A stretch of DNA of 64,000 bases from the IMG/VR virus record IMGVR_UViG_3300023208_000003, positions 1 to 64,000 of that record. One strand, given 5' to 3'. This document shows, piece by piece, positions 63,887-64,000 of the stretch. The number at the start of each line of letters is the position of its first letter. Position 1 is the first letter of the stretch. Both the position numbers and the translations under genes were made by a program. Under the pieces are notes generated by a model. The model saw only the letters and a program-made list of their open reading frames with translations, ran no database searches and was not told the DNA's origin. Origin of the DNA: a virus.

Positions 63887-64000
63887 TTAAGATGCTATTC
63901 TAGCTACACCAGAATATGGCGCAGAAAAAGTAATAATAACAGTTCCAACAGTATTACAATCAACACCTAATGGCACCATTTTAACCCTGCCATACCCTTC
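63887..64000 (-). CDS. 5'-truncated ORF, probable paralogue of 63637-63873
   Basis: Hand translation EGYGRVKMVPLGVDCNTVGTVIITFSAPYSGVARIAS* aligns with the neighbour's C-terminal half. Confidence 0.6.
   Translation of the reverse strand, partial: EGYGRVKMVPLGVDCNTVGTVIITFSAPYSGVARIAS

Noticed and set aside
1-64000. Alternative genetic code, as in some jumbo phages
   Set aside because: Long conserved genes are uninterrupted under the standard code, and TAA and TGA both terminate genes at sensible positions.
1-64000. CRISPR array, tRNA/rRNA genes, diversity-generating retroelement
   Set aside because: No repeat-spacer periodicity, cloverleaf/T-loop motifs or reverse transcriptase found by eye; all tandem repeats lie in coding frames. 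A tRNAscan/Infernal run would be needed to exclude atypical RNAs.

Overview
AT-rich 64 kb segment of a large T4-related (jumbo) myophage genome, most likely infecting a Gram-negative host (lipoprotein o-spanin, Shine-Dalgarno sites, standard genetic code). It contains virion fibre and structural genes (0-13 kb, 20-21 kb, 34-36 kb, 46-54 kb) and a T4-like replication set: DsbA-like protein, family B DNA polymerase, probable sliding clamp, RNase H, primase, helicase and exonucleases. Accessory enzymes include Rnl1 RNA ligase, PhoH, a PRTase, a Pol-beta NTase, a RimK-protease fusion, a degenerate 2OG-Fe(II) fold, a UDG-like protein and a probable ADP-ribosyltransferase fragment. There are four homing-endonuclease-type ORFs and lysis/peptidoglycan genes. 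Highlights: (1) a translationally coupled array of 7 paralogues (57.6-63.1 kb) with hypervariable cores, N-termini resembling T4 capsid-targeting/cleavage peptides and a fixed-length 20-aa C-terminal tag (six end AKL, one AKY), interleaved with the spanin genes; (2) a DNA polymerase fractured into two genes by a naturally split Ser1/Ser+1 intein with a free-standing Vsr-like endonuclease between the halves; (3) two promoter classes, TGTAC[AT]-N16/17-TAnAAT (mostly before non-structural genes) and ATAAATA (T4-late-like). No tRNA, rRNA, CRISPR array or reverse transcriptase was seen. All functional calls come from motif recognition by eye; no database search was run.
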